The notes below the pieces were generated by a model. That model saw only the letters and a program-made list of their open reading frames with translations, searched no databases and had not been told where the DNA came from. A stretch of DNA of 24,020 bases from an uncultured Fusobacteriales bacterium (lineage in GTDB: Bacteria > Fusobacteriota > Fusobacteriia > Fusobacteriales > JAAYPW01). Position numbers and translations under genes: made by a program. Positions 9,001 through 15,058 of this stretch are shown piece after piece (positions within the stretch are counted from its first letter, which is position 1; each line of letters opens with the position of its first letter). The DNA lies in the NCBI GenBank assembly GCA_964506865.1, contig CAZDNU010000264.1, positions 1 to 24,020 of the forward strand, in the 5' to 3' direction.

Positions 9001-11088
9001 TGTTATGCTTTGAGCAAATTTTAATAAGTCCTTTGTTTTTCCTACTACTTCACCTAATAATTCACCATCTATTACTTCTATATATTTATTTAATAGCCTT
9101 TTTACTATAGGCTCTGCTTGTAAATTATATTGCTCTCTTATCTCATTAGAGTTATATCCAAAAGCAGCAGCTGAACCTGGTATTGTCTTGTTAATGTAAG
9201 AATTTAAATTGTTTGGCAATTTTGCTAATACGTGACTCTTTAAATTTATCCCTAACATACTAGGATTATTATAAATTAAATCTTCTGGCTCTTCTATATC
9301 TAGCGAATTTGGATCTTTTGAGTTGTATTGCTGTATTAAGGATAAAGCATTTACAAATTCATTATCTGTATTTGGTATATACACGTTTACTTCCAACTCT
9401 TCTATATTTGTATAAAAGAATTCTCTATTCATTTTTTGTAAATTAATTGTTTTATATATCGGTGCTATTCCATCTTCCTCTTTTATAAAAGTAAAAGTTG
9501 TATTGCCAGGACGAATAATATTATCTTGATTTTTATCCAAAACTAATCGATAACCTTCTAATTTAGCAGGGTTTCCGTTAATCAAAAAATCTGTTATATA
9601 TATTGTCTTATTTTCCGTCCCTTTGCCTACTACATCAAATACTACATTTTCAGGTATTCCTATAAAGTCTAAATTTACTATTATAAGTGGATAGTTTTTA
9701 AATCTTGTAAGATTATACATATTTTGTTTTGTTTCATATAAAAGGGTTTTGCTATTTTCAACAGGATAATTAATTTTTGATTTATTCATGCTTTCATTAT
9801 ATTCTATTAAAGTAGGAAAGATAAAGCATCTATTATCATCTAAACTTGAATTGAATTTACCATTAATTTTTTTGTCTGTATTTTTCAAATATACATCTGT
9901 ATTTCTAGTTTCTAATAAATCTTGTCTATGATTCATTATCAAGCTTTTTTCAGCCATATCAATTTCACGGCCATTTTGATGAAGGGCTACATCTCCTGTA
10001 CTTATAGTTAATATCTTTGAACCAGGATCATAACTAGCCTTATATCCATGATAATAACTTTTTCTTAAGACATAGATATCAGATATAATATTATCAAATA
10101 TATCTTCCATATCATCTATTAGTTTTTTTGTATCACCATAATTTTTTAGTGCTACATCTTCAATATATAGCTTCGTTACTTCATCCTGAGCAGACGAGAT
10201 ATATTGTCCTGTTACTTCAGATACTGAGAATTTTTCTGCTTTAAATTCATATGGAACATCTAATTCTTTAAAATATTCTCCCAAAAACTTAGTAGCATTA
10301 TGATTTACAAAGTTTATATCAAATATAAAATCTGTATAGTTTATTGTATTTGGATAATATGGAGTTCCATTAGGAGAATGCAGTAGAGAACTATAATCAT
10401 ATGCAGATACAGAATTTTGAGTATATTGTACCTCTAATTTTACATTTTCAGGGTTAAAAGTCCTTATTTCACTACTTTTTACAGGATTTTCTATATTACC
10501 TTTTATGTATAGCAAATTATCTTTTGCTTCCAACTCTTTTACAAATAGTAAAGTTTGTTTTTGTTCTCCTTGATGGTTTTTTATCTCGAAACTTTTCATT
10601 TTTGCATGTTCCAATGCTAAAGCAAGATTAAAAACCATATGTGTTGTATCTTGTAATTGGGGTAGGGCAAGCGAATCTATCCCCAAAGGCAGTTTAGCAA
10701 AGTTATTTTGAGAATATTTATTTAGCCCTATACTGTCATACGGACTTAAATATCTTGTATAGTATTCTCCCATAGTATCTGATGCATATTTTTCATCTCT
10801 ATCTTCATGTAATATTAGACTGGTACTTTCTTTTATATCAAACTCTAATTTCTTTTTCAAAAAGTAATCAAAGAATACCTTATATTCATTTTGACCTGTC
10901 CAATCATCTATTACCAAGTTATGAAATCTATCAGGGTTATTTACATCATTTCCTACAGCAGAAATATATTGATTTATATAGTAATCACTGCCCGGATTGT
11001 CCATATAGTCGCTTGGATTAAGTGAATCACTTGCCAAATTTATTACGCTTATTATTGTTAATAGGATCAAGATTAATAGTTTTTTCAT
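1..11088 (-). CDS. Giant secreted protein, at least 3,696 aa, C-terminus runs off the left edge; unknown function, polymorphic-toxin/adhesin-like architecture
   Basis: Manual translation shows no stop codon from ATG 11088 to position 1. N-terminus MKKLLILILLTIISVINLA-SDSL is a Sec signal peptide. SD AAGGAG at 11102-11097 lies 8 nt upstream, and the start overlaps the upstream stop (ATGA). The translation is protein-like throughout. Absent from the supplied ORF track. Confidence 0.95.
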   Translation of the reverse strand, partial: MKKLLILILLTIISVINLASDSLNPSDYMDNPGSDYYINQYISAVGNDVNNPDRFHNLVIDDWTGQNEYKVFFDYFLKKKLEFDIKESTSLILHEDRDEKYASDTMGEYYTRYLSPYDSIGLNKYSQNNFAKLPLGIDSLALPQLQDTTHMVFNLALALEHAKMKSFEIKNHQGEQKQTLLFVKELEAKDNLLYIKGNIENPVKSSEIRTFNPENVKLEVQYTQNSVSAYDYSSLLHSPNGTPYYPNTINYTDFIFDINFVNHNATKFLGEYFKELDVPYEFKAEKFSVSEVTGQYISSAQDEVTKLYIEDVALKNYGDTKKLIDDMEDIFDNIISDIYVLRKSYYHGYKASYDPGSKILTISTGDVALHQNGREIDMAEKSLIMNHRQDLLETRNTDVYLKNTDKKINGKFNSSLDDNRCFIFPTLIEYNESMNKSKINYPVENSKTLLYETKQNMYNLTRFKNYPLIIVNLDFIGIPENVVFDVVGKGTENKTIYITDFLINGNPAKLEGYRLVLDKNQDNIIRPGNTTFTFIKEEDGIAPIYKTINLQKMNREFFYTNIEELEVNVYIPNTDNEFVNALSLIQQYNSKDPNSLDIEEPEDLIYNNPSMLGINLKSHVLAKLPNNLNSYINKTIPGSAAAFGYNSNEIREQYNLQAEPIVKRLLNKYIEVIDGELLGEVVGKTKDLLKFAQSITKICSNPSINVEKDQGNISDEEEKTLDDVLEETEEIVSNQNIFVAPIGYNNPYTYGIYALNSTDEYSSDTLYITTIEQSDMATKLFEPPTITQEDKNQWDRISYSNIERTAFSKNGANDVVFEYKNKFRNVVNKTYDLIFDYDVEIDIRNTTLNECYLPNILADYLKVSKIGAMIPGKKYDIDFSIRTNFHLNKVNSANYEDFQKILEKEFNNNIDSSKDLVHSNQSIYDEYFGDNWIWYTQDNAEIRFYSHLEKQTIGPGEPLLNLSLRSEYSDKSTATTDSALVYTMPMDEYIEKTPEEIFYTIMPSVSKKENIDKLENLSSTKFDGISVNIFNNAEKLNTHWKKADANRGFDIIPEECKKFYITEKAGPLRGYKIFDFNKVSLHARDNQTDEYTALNTIEKGLTKLPNTLFVMNDLSQYTVGQDTIPYFGDRYTFYKKIIGIDINTRQVLDLIDDSEETLNNALIPSVLVNSKPTLIHDDSNIVSKEFTETRIVLLDDAKTYIKGKIPLTDSMGNSLEEYVVYQCNEVNFKSLTPEAESTVGIIPQFEIEFYFYKKNSEGVLEEIYIEENPQINLEKAKENIMEDIAKVISMKATEGAYENNTSMINLVDIIAHSSKKYISKYGYSVNFVNPNKETREANFNLYTQTNYYKLLQDYKDRLETARQNALTAETAINFARIAKAIASEIENIDKIENQNPLSSVQEALEVEKFYANQSNEAYNNVSEIVKGDPEKAFYSKITLLNLKHNFEDEATENYQAIETQFKELVFLNNLPCDDVEINSAFDYGSQIIYYGIAKQIQEDGSEIIKPFKLLDKIIPLSIPMFKDSDGFYGVLPGTTYIDEDNPAPTYTFSNDGKTKIMPFQFTNGEVTDIDFISMKTDTGNMDGVTNQFHEVSDSNIIEAIQNDINQKYQFNNTSKYFQDNYMEVESAVSSHFDSPIRIFGIYKQIATDFASDIILPSPSGDIDNEKIKLVKTDETQYIKIKVDKYNDKALKNVLISDFSIFYGEQGGIVTQGIREYFIDFNGSPTLYKIYPDEDGYYYIVIEIAKLKTTLEKYPSLKDDSTIVLNYSLACETDEISGYSSRDYYVELVDDESEIVSIDDAVSKDEMEIIQDTMTKYIDNENVYGIENFPQIIVNVNSIRRSLSADNNSRYTLSFSQYEMKNNTTNNGSNIITYPINMDKETNQFLRIAFNSRDLLSGISEGNFLETQSSTQAFFDQYVNYDRYDNEDKITIYTDDSVLFEGSVGRLISNYSRRNFSACPMATFVEIPLFKEEENRNYINSIYGEDGGGEKNIYIAIEPNIKLTDTLSGIQITVKEDFNFQYLNSEPTTMGAVIYQTVAGEIQDIFFKLKKEVNSFVLQPEGALGIVDEEIVLEQGPIEAMSNFNAKVNISTYNKEDNPAGIYSNLKLKLNITDENIKYIYDSPTGATAFEALNNALAVQDGYYYNRDLKLDRIDGNNAKFDLSLYTRKEFDYSISEGVYARNGFVVVQRDDFPAIVNKTLEKIDSFELKRIGFNYVALTLDTESYFPYVDDENAKYIIELQNIPTKNGTYTSSAAVYTNWDIETSITKDIILNRVHIPARYSKFHLVELMELEADDITGGAIDYNRIENFVDNAKLVYKTSVNGVETIHQVVKLDIKETSPNISYTSDKAKRSGILNPSRDDIVNANTYAKNYFLKQLDIDADSNSDENFCGSGIENALVTYKVKEIELTLNRNTGSKENLFKIEGTADYNQEQFYDAKTAPTYIAEFNSTMNSLYDFDEKSTTEFATEYQDLYNSEVNFGMTTLTFHNDAIPIPKISYDGSSIIDVEKVGDDEVAIYNYNSKDNRDQDAKDEISKVFPIYRTVKNKKGEDVPIFLKKIVENDNAAYGKDLVIENYRPIELSQLPYPLGKTIEIDVPGGTVLIRGEEDFNSSDGQQYGSPPGANYSLWYDITYKKTIRPAPVRVRGRFFVIDSISASFEPAKQTASFQYGQSEVMTGLIEGSTETAITINTGSGKTTSTESGIVCLFSIVKSNQNIQIDNINKTVFPIDNDWIQNYLYTINNSNNYELTADDMTEADYRLYLKSLALMFDEKNSVDLINNEVNRLQTEYDNLLEELEYSRNEGLQLRLDNLSNHLVRVKNKLEKKKKMYGALHAAVSIASMFVVPGAADVFLATLKFAAIDAAISTVELIDMGNAQFNIPLPFANETMNLSIGLSTEGQFIQSVGASANVSKYVGGGFNYNLDSGDLTVAGGIQYKGMKLKIDSAGELRLSKDFGNSSMYGSLVFDTSKGGVGLEAGYDPTVGFGGNINFMIDRSEGFSWTNIRETSSISLTYETNSSNASWMPNNASVTYGGREVAADVNWLVNENDKYINTAGVNYVYGDKADDYYNAVGMDFATQYKFKANTDKTDAKYKENAEYLDFNVGAKVGYVYDISRHEHNASGTAFVSDATSQYQAESYNGFNLWQNNYNPKDGHHVRTDFTDVKYITQLVSEGLNVHKKVKTLSDEDKVADILKEIGNWKNIYTQGNVDQATINNVVKDLRAYNNVTAGGIINVDALINDWDQIRFVKDEFVKSWENEGSKEVAIAKKIVTGEALTYEETQYFKEKMLDNIVEMGTFEEDINTGIIGEDENGKVLQISLEHEKVGNFIDIKGAVFNTTDLDASDNNMKVMVSMEGDSVFATTRTETENISEEHPELGTKTVVYEEFTVISKEGEKLEYDEGIRDSIELYSYHEVKIGDTNTIQTDKMAPALVMNLLNKGKNLSVDELSTQMEALKQDLIYQRDNYEEMFSEVTSDYQGIDYNTKKEKIQKKIISDLTSQINAITNAQNTGLRAYYAAKQNGEAGALDKYKKNLTDHLTDHYADIIKYDKETESYTAIKTSTIYNLEEEYKYSAVVELSEDSRNKIDNQVESKIDKNIDSISKKDFLDILEDAANGDKDAEEIAALILRAKLSDNVDSNGDIHEFDLLDYDVLTHEGLSGVITNDIISGLPLGHPNGDSGMFDLEHYVTLVKADKDN

Positions 11089-11273
11089 TTACTAATCTCC
11101 TTTCCTATTGTAAAGTTAGCAGATACACTTTCATTATATCCAAAACTGCAACTATATCCTGTAGAAGATGAGTATACTGCATTATAGTTTTTAAAATAAT
11201 TTGTAAGTTTTTTCATAATTGAATTATTTTTTTGAACTCTTTTTCTATATTTTCTTAAATTATTTTTATTCAT
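11085..11273 (-). CDS. 62-aa basic small protein of unknown function
   Basis: SD AGGAG (11289-11285) overlaps the upstream gene's TAG, 11 nt from the ATG. Its TGA overlaps the giant gene's ATG, so it is coupled on both sides. Confidence 0.7.
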   Translation of the reverse strand: MNKNNLRKYRKRVQKNNSIMKKLTNYFKNYNAVYSSSTGYSCSFGYNESVSANFTIGKEISK

Positions 11274-11287
11274 TTATTTATCAACTC

Positions 11288-12970
11288 CTACATCAATTCT
11301 GCTAGTCTTTTTTCAAAGTCTGTAAGGTTATTTAAACCACTTAGATCATTTCTAAAAGTGAAATTACCTCTTACTATTTTCATATGTTTTAAGAAGTAGG
11401 TGTTATCATACTCTCTTAGATAATCCACAGCAACAGGGAATACCCTCTCAAAATCATCTTTTGACTTTGCACAAGTCAAACTAAGTCCAATAAAAGCAGC
11501 TCCATATCTTGCATTCAAATCTTTATCTGATTTTACAAGAGGGGATAGGCTTATACAATAATTTACATTTTCTAGTAATAAAGCCATCTCTACATCCATC
11601 TGTTTATACTTTGATATCTCTTTTAAGATTATCTCTGCTTCACTCATTGATATTCGAGCCAGTGTAAGCATATATAGCTCTTTTAAGTAGGTATTATTTA
11701 TACTGGCTGTTTTTACAATAAGGTCACGTTGCCTCTTTATATTGAATTTATATCCGGCTTTATAATTCTTATATAGGCTTCCTACACCTTCAAATGCTAT
11801 CATGTCCATAGCCATTTTCGAAGACTTTATTAGACGGCCATAAACTTCTAAATATTCTATTATCTCATCGGGTGCATCTAACTTTGATTTTATCTCTTCA
11901 ATACTTACATTTTTACTACTCTTTGTTTTTCCATACTCAAGAGCTTTACTTGTTATCTCATTTAAGCTGTTTGCTAATTTACTTGAGAAAGCAGGGTAGG
12001 GAAGTAGTTTATATATTTTCAAATCAATTTGATTATCTTTTAATGATGCTTCTTTTAAAATTCTTGCATTTTTTTCTGTATTAGAGAAATTTGCAATTAA
12101 GCTGTACTTAAAAGTTAAAGGATTATCATTTGAGATATACTTTACAGCTTCTTTTATATCACCTTTATTTAGAATTGATAAGTATTTTGAGATTTTATCT
12201 AACTCTTTCTCTTTTGATAATTTTTCCAGTAAAATATTTGTACTGTCAGGTGTAAATAGGGTATCTATTGCAAAGTTTACATCTGTGTAAAATTCATCCC
12301 TATTTTTAAACTTTATTTGTTCTTTTAAAATATGTATAAATTTAGATACTTCATATTTACTACTTATTTTGTAGTCTTGACTACCTACACTGTTTCTAAC
12401 CTTATAGAAGCTATTTTCAGGGTAAGCAGTCAAGATTAAGAGGGGTTTGTATGTTAAGATATTTTCACTCAAGGCTACATTTGAAAACATAAAAGTTATG
12501 TAAGCTTTGTTTTCAACTTGAGAAAAATAATCATAAACAGTTCTTTCAATTTCTTCATTTCTTTCTGTTTTTAACGATAAATAGACTATCTTTTGAATAA
12601 ATAAAAATTCTTCTAAGTGAGAGAGATTATCTCGAAATTTTTTAAATGTTTTATAAAGTTTATTTGGATTGTTTTCATTAGAATGTTTAAAAAAATGTTT
12701 TAGATTTTCATTAGAAATTTGATATTCGTTGTCGGACAATTCAAAGATATTGTTTGGATTAATTCCTATTACGCCTGGTATTACACGAAAATATTCTCGC
12801 ACAGCATCTTTCTTTACACTATAAAATGGATAGGATATGTCTGGTTTTAATACCAGCTGTGATTCTTTAACTTTTAGTATAGTCTCTTTTCGAGGTATTA
12901 GCACGTTATACTCCTTGGAATAGCTTAATAAAGTTAATATTACAAAAAATAAGCAAAAAAAGTTTTTCAT
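11288..12970 (-). CDS. Secreted hypothetical protein, 560 aa, C-terminal half predicted largely alpha-helical
   Basis: Long ORF with SD AGGAGG 5 nt upstream (12981-12976) and a signal peptide MKNFFCLFFVILTLLSYS-KEY. No family motif recognised. Confidence 0.88.
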   Translation of the reverse strand: MKNFFCLFFVILTLLSYSKEYNVLIPRKETILKVKESQLVLKPDISYPFYSVKKDAVREYFRVIPGVIGINPNNIFELSDNEYQISNENLKHFFKHSNENNPNKLYKTFKKFRDNLSHLEEFLFIQKIVYLSLKTERNEEIERTVYDYFSQVENKAYITFMFSNVALSENILTYKPLLILTAYPENSFYKVRNSVGSQDYKISSKYEVSKFIHILKEQIKFKNRDEFYTDVNFAIDTLFTPDSTNILLEKLSKEKELDKISKYLSILNKGDIKEAVKYISNDNPLTFKYSLIANFSNTEKNARILKEASLKDNQIDLKIYKLLPYPAFSSKLANSLNEITSKALEYGKTKSSKNVSIEEIKSKLDAPDEIIEYLEVYGRLIKSSKMAMDMIAFEGVGSLYKNYKAGYKFNIKRQRDLIVKTASINNTYLKELYMLTLARISMSEAEIILKEISKYKQMDVEMALLLENVNYCISLSPLVKSDKDLNARYGAAFIGLSLTCAKSKDDFERVFPVAVDYLREYDNTYFLKHMKIVRGNFTFRNDLSGLNNLTDFEKRLAELM

Positions 12971-13089
12971 AATTTCCTCCTTGTATATAATATTTTATTT
13001 ATGGTTTCAATTAGTTTTTAATTATAAAAAAGTTTGAAAAGTTTAGATTTTTTATGAATTTATAGAAATTTTGAAATATCGCAGAAAAA

Positions 13090-13118
13090 ATTATATCACA
13101 ATCAGTTGTAATTTTCAA
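13090..13118 (-). promoter_or_regulatory. sigma70-type promoter for the 560aa/62aa/giant operon
   Basis: Minus strand TTGAAA (13118-13113), 17-nt spacer, TATAAT (13095-13090), with an extended -10 TG (TGaTATAAT). Confidence 0.7.
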
Positions 13119-13146
13119 TCTTTTTTTCTATAGCGTTTTTTTTTCA

Positions 13147-13175
13147 TTTACATTCTTCCAAAAATATGCTAAACT
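13147..13175 (+). promoter_or_regulatory. sigma70-type promoter for the peptidase/lipoprotein operon
   Basis: TTTACA (13147-13152), 17-nt spacer, TAAACT (13170-13175), with extended -10 TGc; about 55 nt upstream of ATG 13231. Confidence 0.6.
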
Positions 13176-13230
13176 ATTTAGGCAAATTTCAACTATTATT
13201 TATATCAAATTCTAAATCCGGAGTCGAATA

Positions 13231-13875
13231 ATGAATATCTTTCTTTTTAGCATACTTGCTATAATTCTTTTATTTTTATCAATTAAATACATTAATAATA
13301 CTAAAAATATCGAAATGAATTTATCAAAAAAGGTTCAATGGTATGAACTAGTAATACTGTTTTTTATTATCATAATTTTTTTCCTAACACAGGTTGCTAT
13401 AAATTCTTCTATAAATTTTCAAAATAAAGGTTATATTTTATTTTTGTTTCTATTATTTATAAGTTTTATAGATTTAAAACGAAAATATATTCCAGATATT
13501 TTTTCAATTTTACTTATAATTTTTGGAGTATCATATTCAATAATATCAAATCACTTAGAAATAGATCTCAAAAATTCTCTTTTTCTTGCTTTTCCTTCTT
13601 TAATTTTATATTTTTATGGAGATAAACTATTTAAAACTGAGTGCATTGGAGCAGGAGATATAAAATTGATTTTGGGATTAGGATTTTTTTTTACCGATAT
13701 CACAGTTTATGATGTATATATATATTATGCCTTGGCATACCTTATCGCCTTTCCAATTGCCATTTATTTACTTTTCAATCCCAAAAGTAAAAAGTTCATA
13801 CCTTTTGCTCCCTTTTTGTCAATTTCTGCTATCTATTTATACCATTTAAAAGGAGGTTTTTTATATGAAAATTAA
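13231..13875 (+). CDS. Prepilin peptidase, family A24 (GxGD aspartic membrane peptidase), lacking the N-terminal Zn/methyltransferase domain
   Basis: Multiple TM helices. Catalytic motifs FIDLKRKYIPD and GAGDIKL, C-terminal IPFAPFL. No CxxC pairs in the N-terminus. SD GGAG. Confidence 0.88.
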   Translation: MNIFLFSILAIILLFLSIKYINNTKNIEMNLSKKVQWYELVILFFIIIIFFLTQVAINSSINFQNKGYILFLFLLFISFIDLKRKYIPDIFSILLIIFGVSYSIISNHLEIDLKNSLFLAFPSLILYFYGDKLFKTECIGAGDIKLILGLGFFFTDITVYDVYIYYALAYLIAFPIAIYLLFNPKSKKFIPFAPFLSISAIYLYHLKGGFLYEN

Positions 13876-15058
13876 AATATTCATATTTGTTTTCTTACTT
13901 TTTATTTGTGCTTGTAAGAATAATTCAAAATCAAAAGCAAAACTTGTCCCATTACAGTCGACAGAAAAGCAAAATAATATGATTTATATAAAAAAAGGGA
14001 GTTTTGTAAATACACCATTAGAGATTCACCTAGAAGGCTTTTTTATCAGTTCACATATGATAAGCTACAACGAATATTACAAACTCTCCACAAAAAGTGT
14101 TTCATATGATCTTGATAAATCATTTGAAGCAATTAATAATCTCTCCTACTATGATATTGCTCAATTTTGCAACCAGAAAAGCCTAATTGAAAATTTAAGC
14201 CCCTATTACTACTTTAAAGGAAATAAAATATATGAAAATGTCAATAATAACGGATATCGTCTTCCAATAAAAGAAGAGTTTATTTATTTGTTTGATTATA
14301 ACATCAACAGTCTTTATACTACTCATATAGAAAAAAGTAAACTTTTTTTTGATACTATTCCATATTTTAATTTATCAATAAACTTGTTTCCCGATTTTCG
14401 GGGAAATGAGCTATGTAATAATGATTTGATTCAAAATCAAAAAAAATCTTATAATGGTTTTCGTATTGCAAGAAATTCAGATTATCCAAATACAAATGGA
14501 TTACGTTACACTACACGTGAAATTTATAAATTTCCTGAAACCTATGAATATTATAACGTCGATAAATATGGGATCAGTTTTCCATATCCTAAAGATTGGG
14601 GGACAAAGTATATTTATAAAAATTTAAGTATTCATTTTAGCCAAACTGATTTGGAAAAATACGAAAAAGGGATTCCTACTAGAGGAAATGGAGTTGTCTT
14701 CTATAAAGAAATTTATAATACAGATAGATTATATAGTCAAAATTTTTTTATTTATAATAAAGTCAATTTAAAATTGAAAAAATACAATCGAAAAACAAAA
14801 AAATATGAAATAAAAGATAATTTAAGTATCTTGGACTCTTTTTCTAAAAAATTTAATTTAAATTCAGATAATTATAAAATCCTACGGAAAAATGATGCTG
14901 TTTATATCTTCTCTAAAAATACAAATTTATATAAGGTAAATTTCTATATTATAAAAAACAATATTGTTTTTCTCCTTTCATTTGAAACAATTAATTCAAA
15001 AACTAAGATTCCTTTAGAGCTAATTGATTTTGTTTTTAACAATATAGATTTTTATTGA
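13865..15058 (+). CDS. Lipoprotein with a degenerate FGE-sulfatase/SUMF1-like domain plus a C-terminal PsbP/DcrB-like domain
   Basis: Lipobox LFICA-C after a basic and hydrophobic leader. FGE-like motifs MIYIKKGSF, LSYYDIAQFCN..LSPYY, NGYRLP.KEE, GFRIAR. YGISFPYPKDW is typical of PsbP-like folds. SD AAGGAGG; overlaps the upstream gene by 11 bp. Confidence 0.72.
   Translation: MKIKIFIFVFLLFICACKNNSKSKAKLVPLQSTEKQNNMIYIKKGSFVNTPLEIHLEGFFISSHMISYNEYYKLSTKSVSYDLDKSFEAINNLSYYDIAQFCNQKSLIENLSPYYYFKGNKIYENVNNNGYRLPIKEEFIYLFDYNINSLYTTHIEKSKLFFDTIPYFNLSINLFPDFRGNELCNNDLIQNQKKSYNGFRIARNSDYPNTNGLRYTTREIYKFPETYEYYNVDKYGISFPYPKDWGTKYIYKNLSIHFSQTDLEKYEKGIPTRGNGVVFYKEIYNTDRLYSQNFFIYNKVNLKLKKYNRKTKKYEIKDNLSILDSFSKKFNLNSDNYKILRKNDAVYIFSKNTNLYKVNFYIIKNNIVFLLSFETINSKTKIPLELIDFVFNNIDFY

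Noticed and set aside
1735-11021. Short + strand ORFs in the track (1735, 2081, 2354, 7496, 8651, 10782)
   Set aside because: Antisense shadows of the giant gene, with no convincing SD or recognisable motifs.
1-11088. Stop-codon-recoded prophage (code 4, 15 or 25) or a non-coding desert as the explanation for the lack of ORFs
   Set aside because: One minus-strand frame is fully open under the standard code. The track most likely missed it because the stop lies outside the window. No phage hallmark motifs were seen.
11288-12970. 560-aa protein as a TpsB/Omp85 transporter for the giant protein
   Set aside because: The size fits, but there is no amphipathic beta-strand pattern, no POTRA-like motifs and no terminal aromatic residue. 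The C-terminal half looks helical.
13865-15058. Diversity-generating retroelement target (FGE-type lipoprotein)
   Set aside because: No reverse transcriptase, and no template/variable repeat pair seen in the window.
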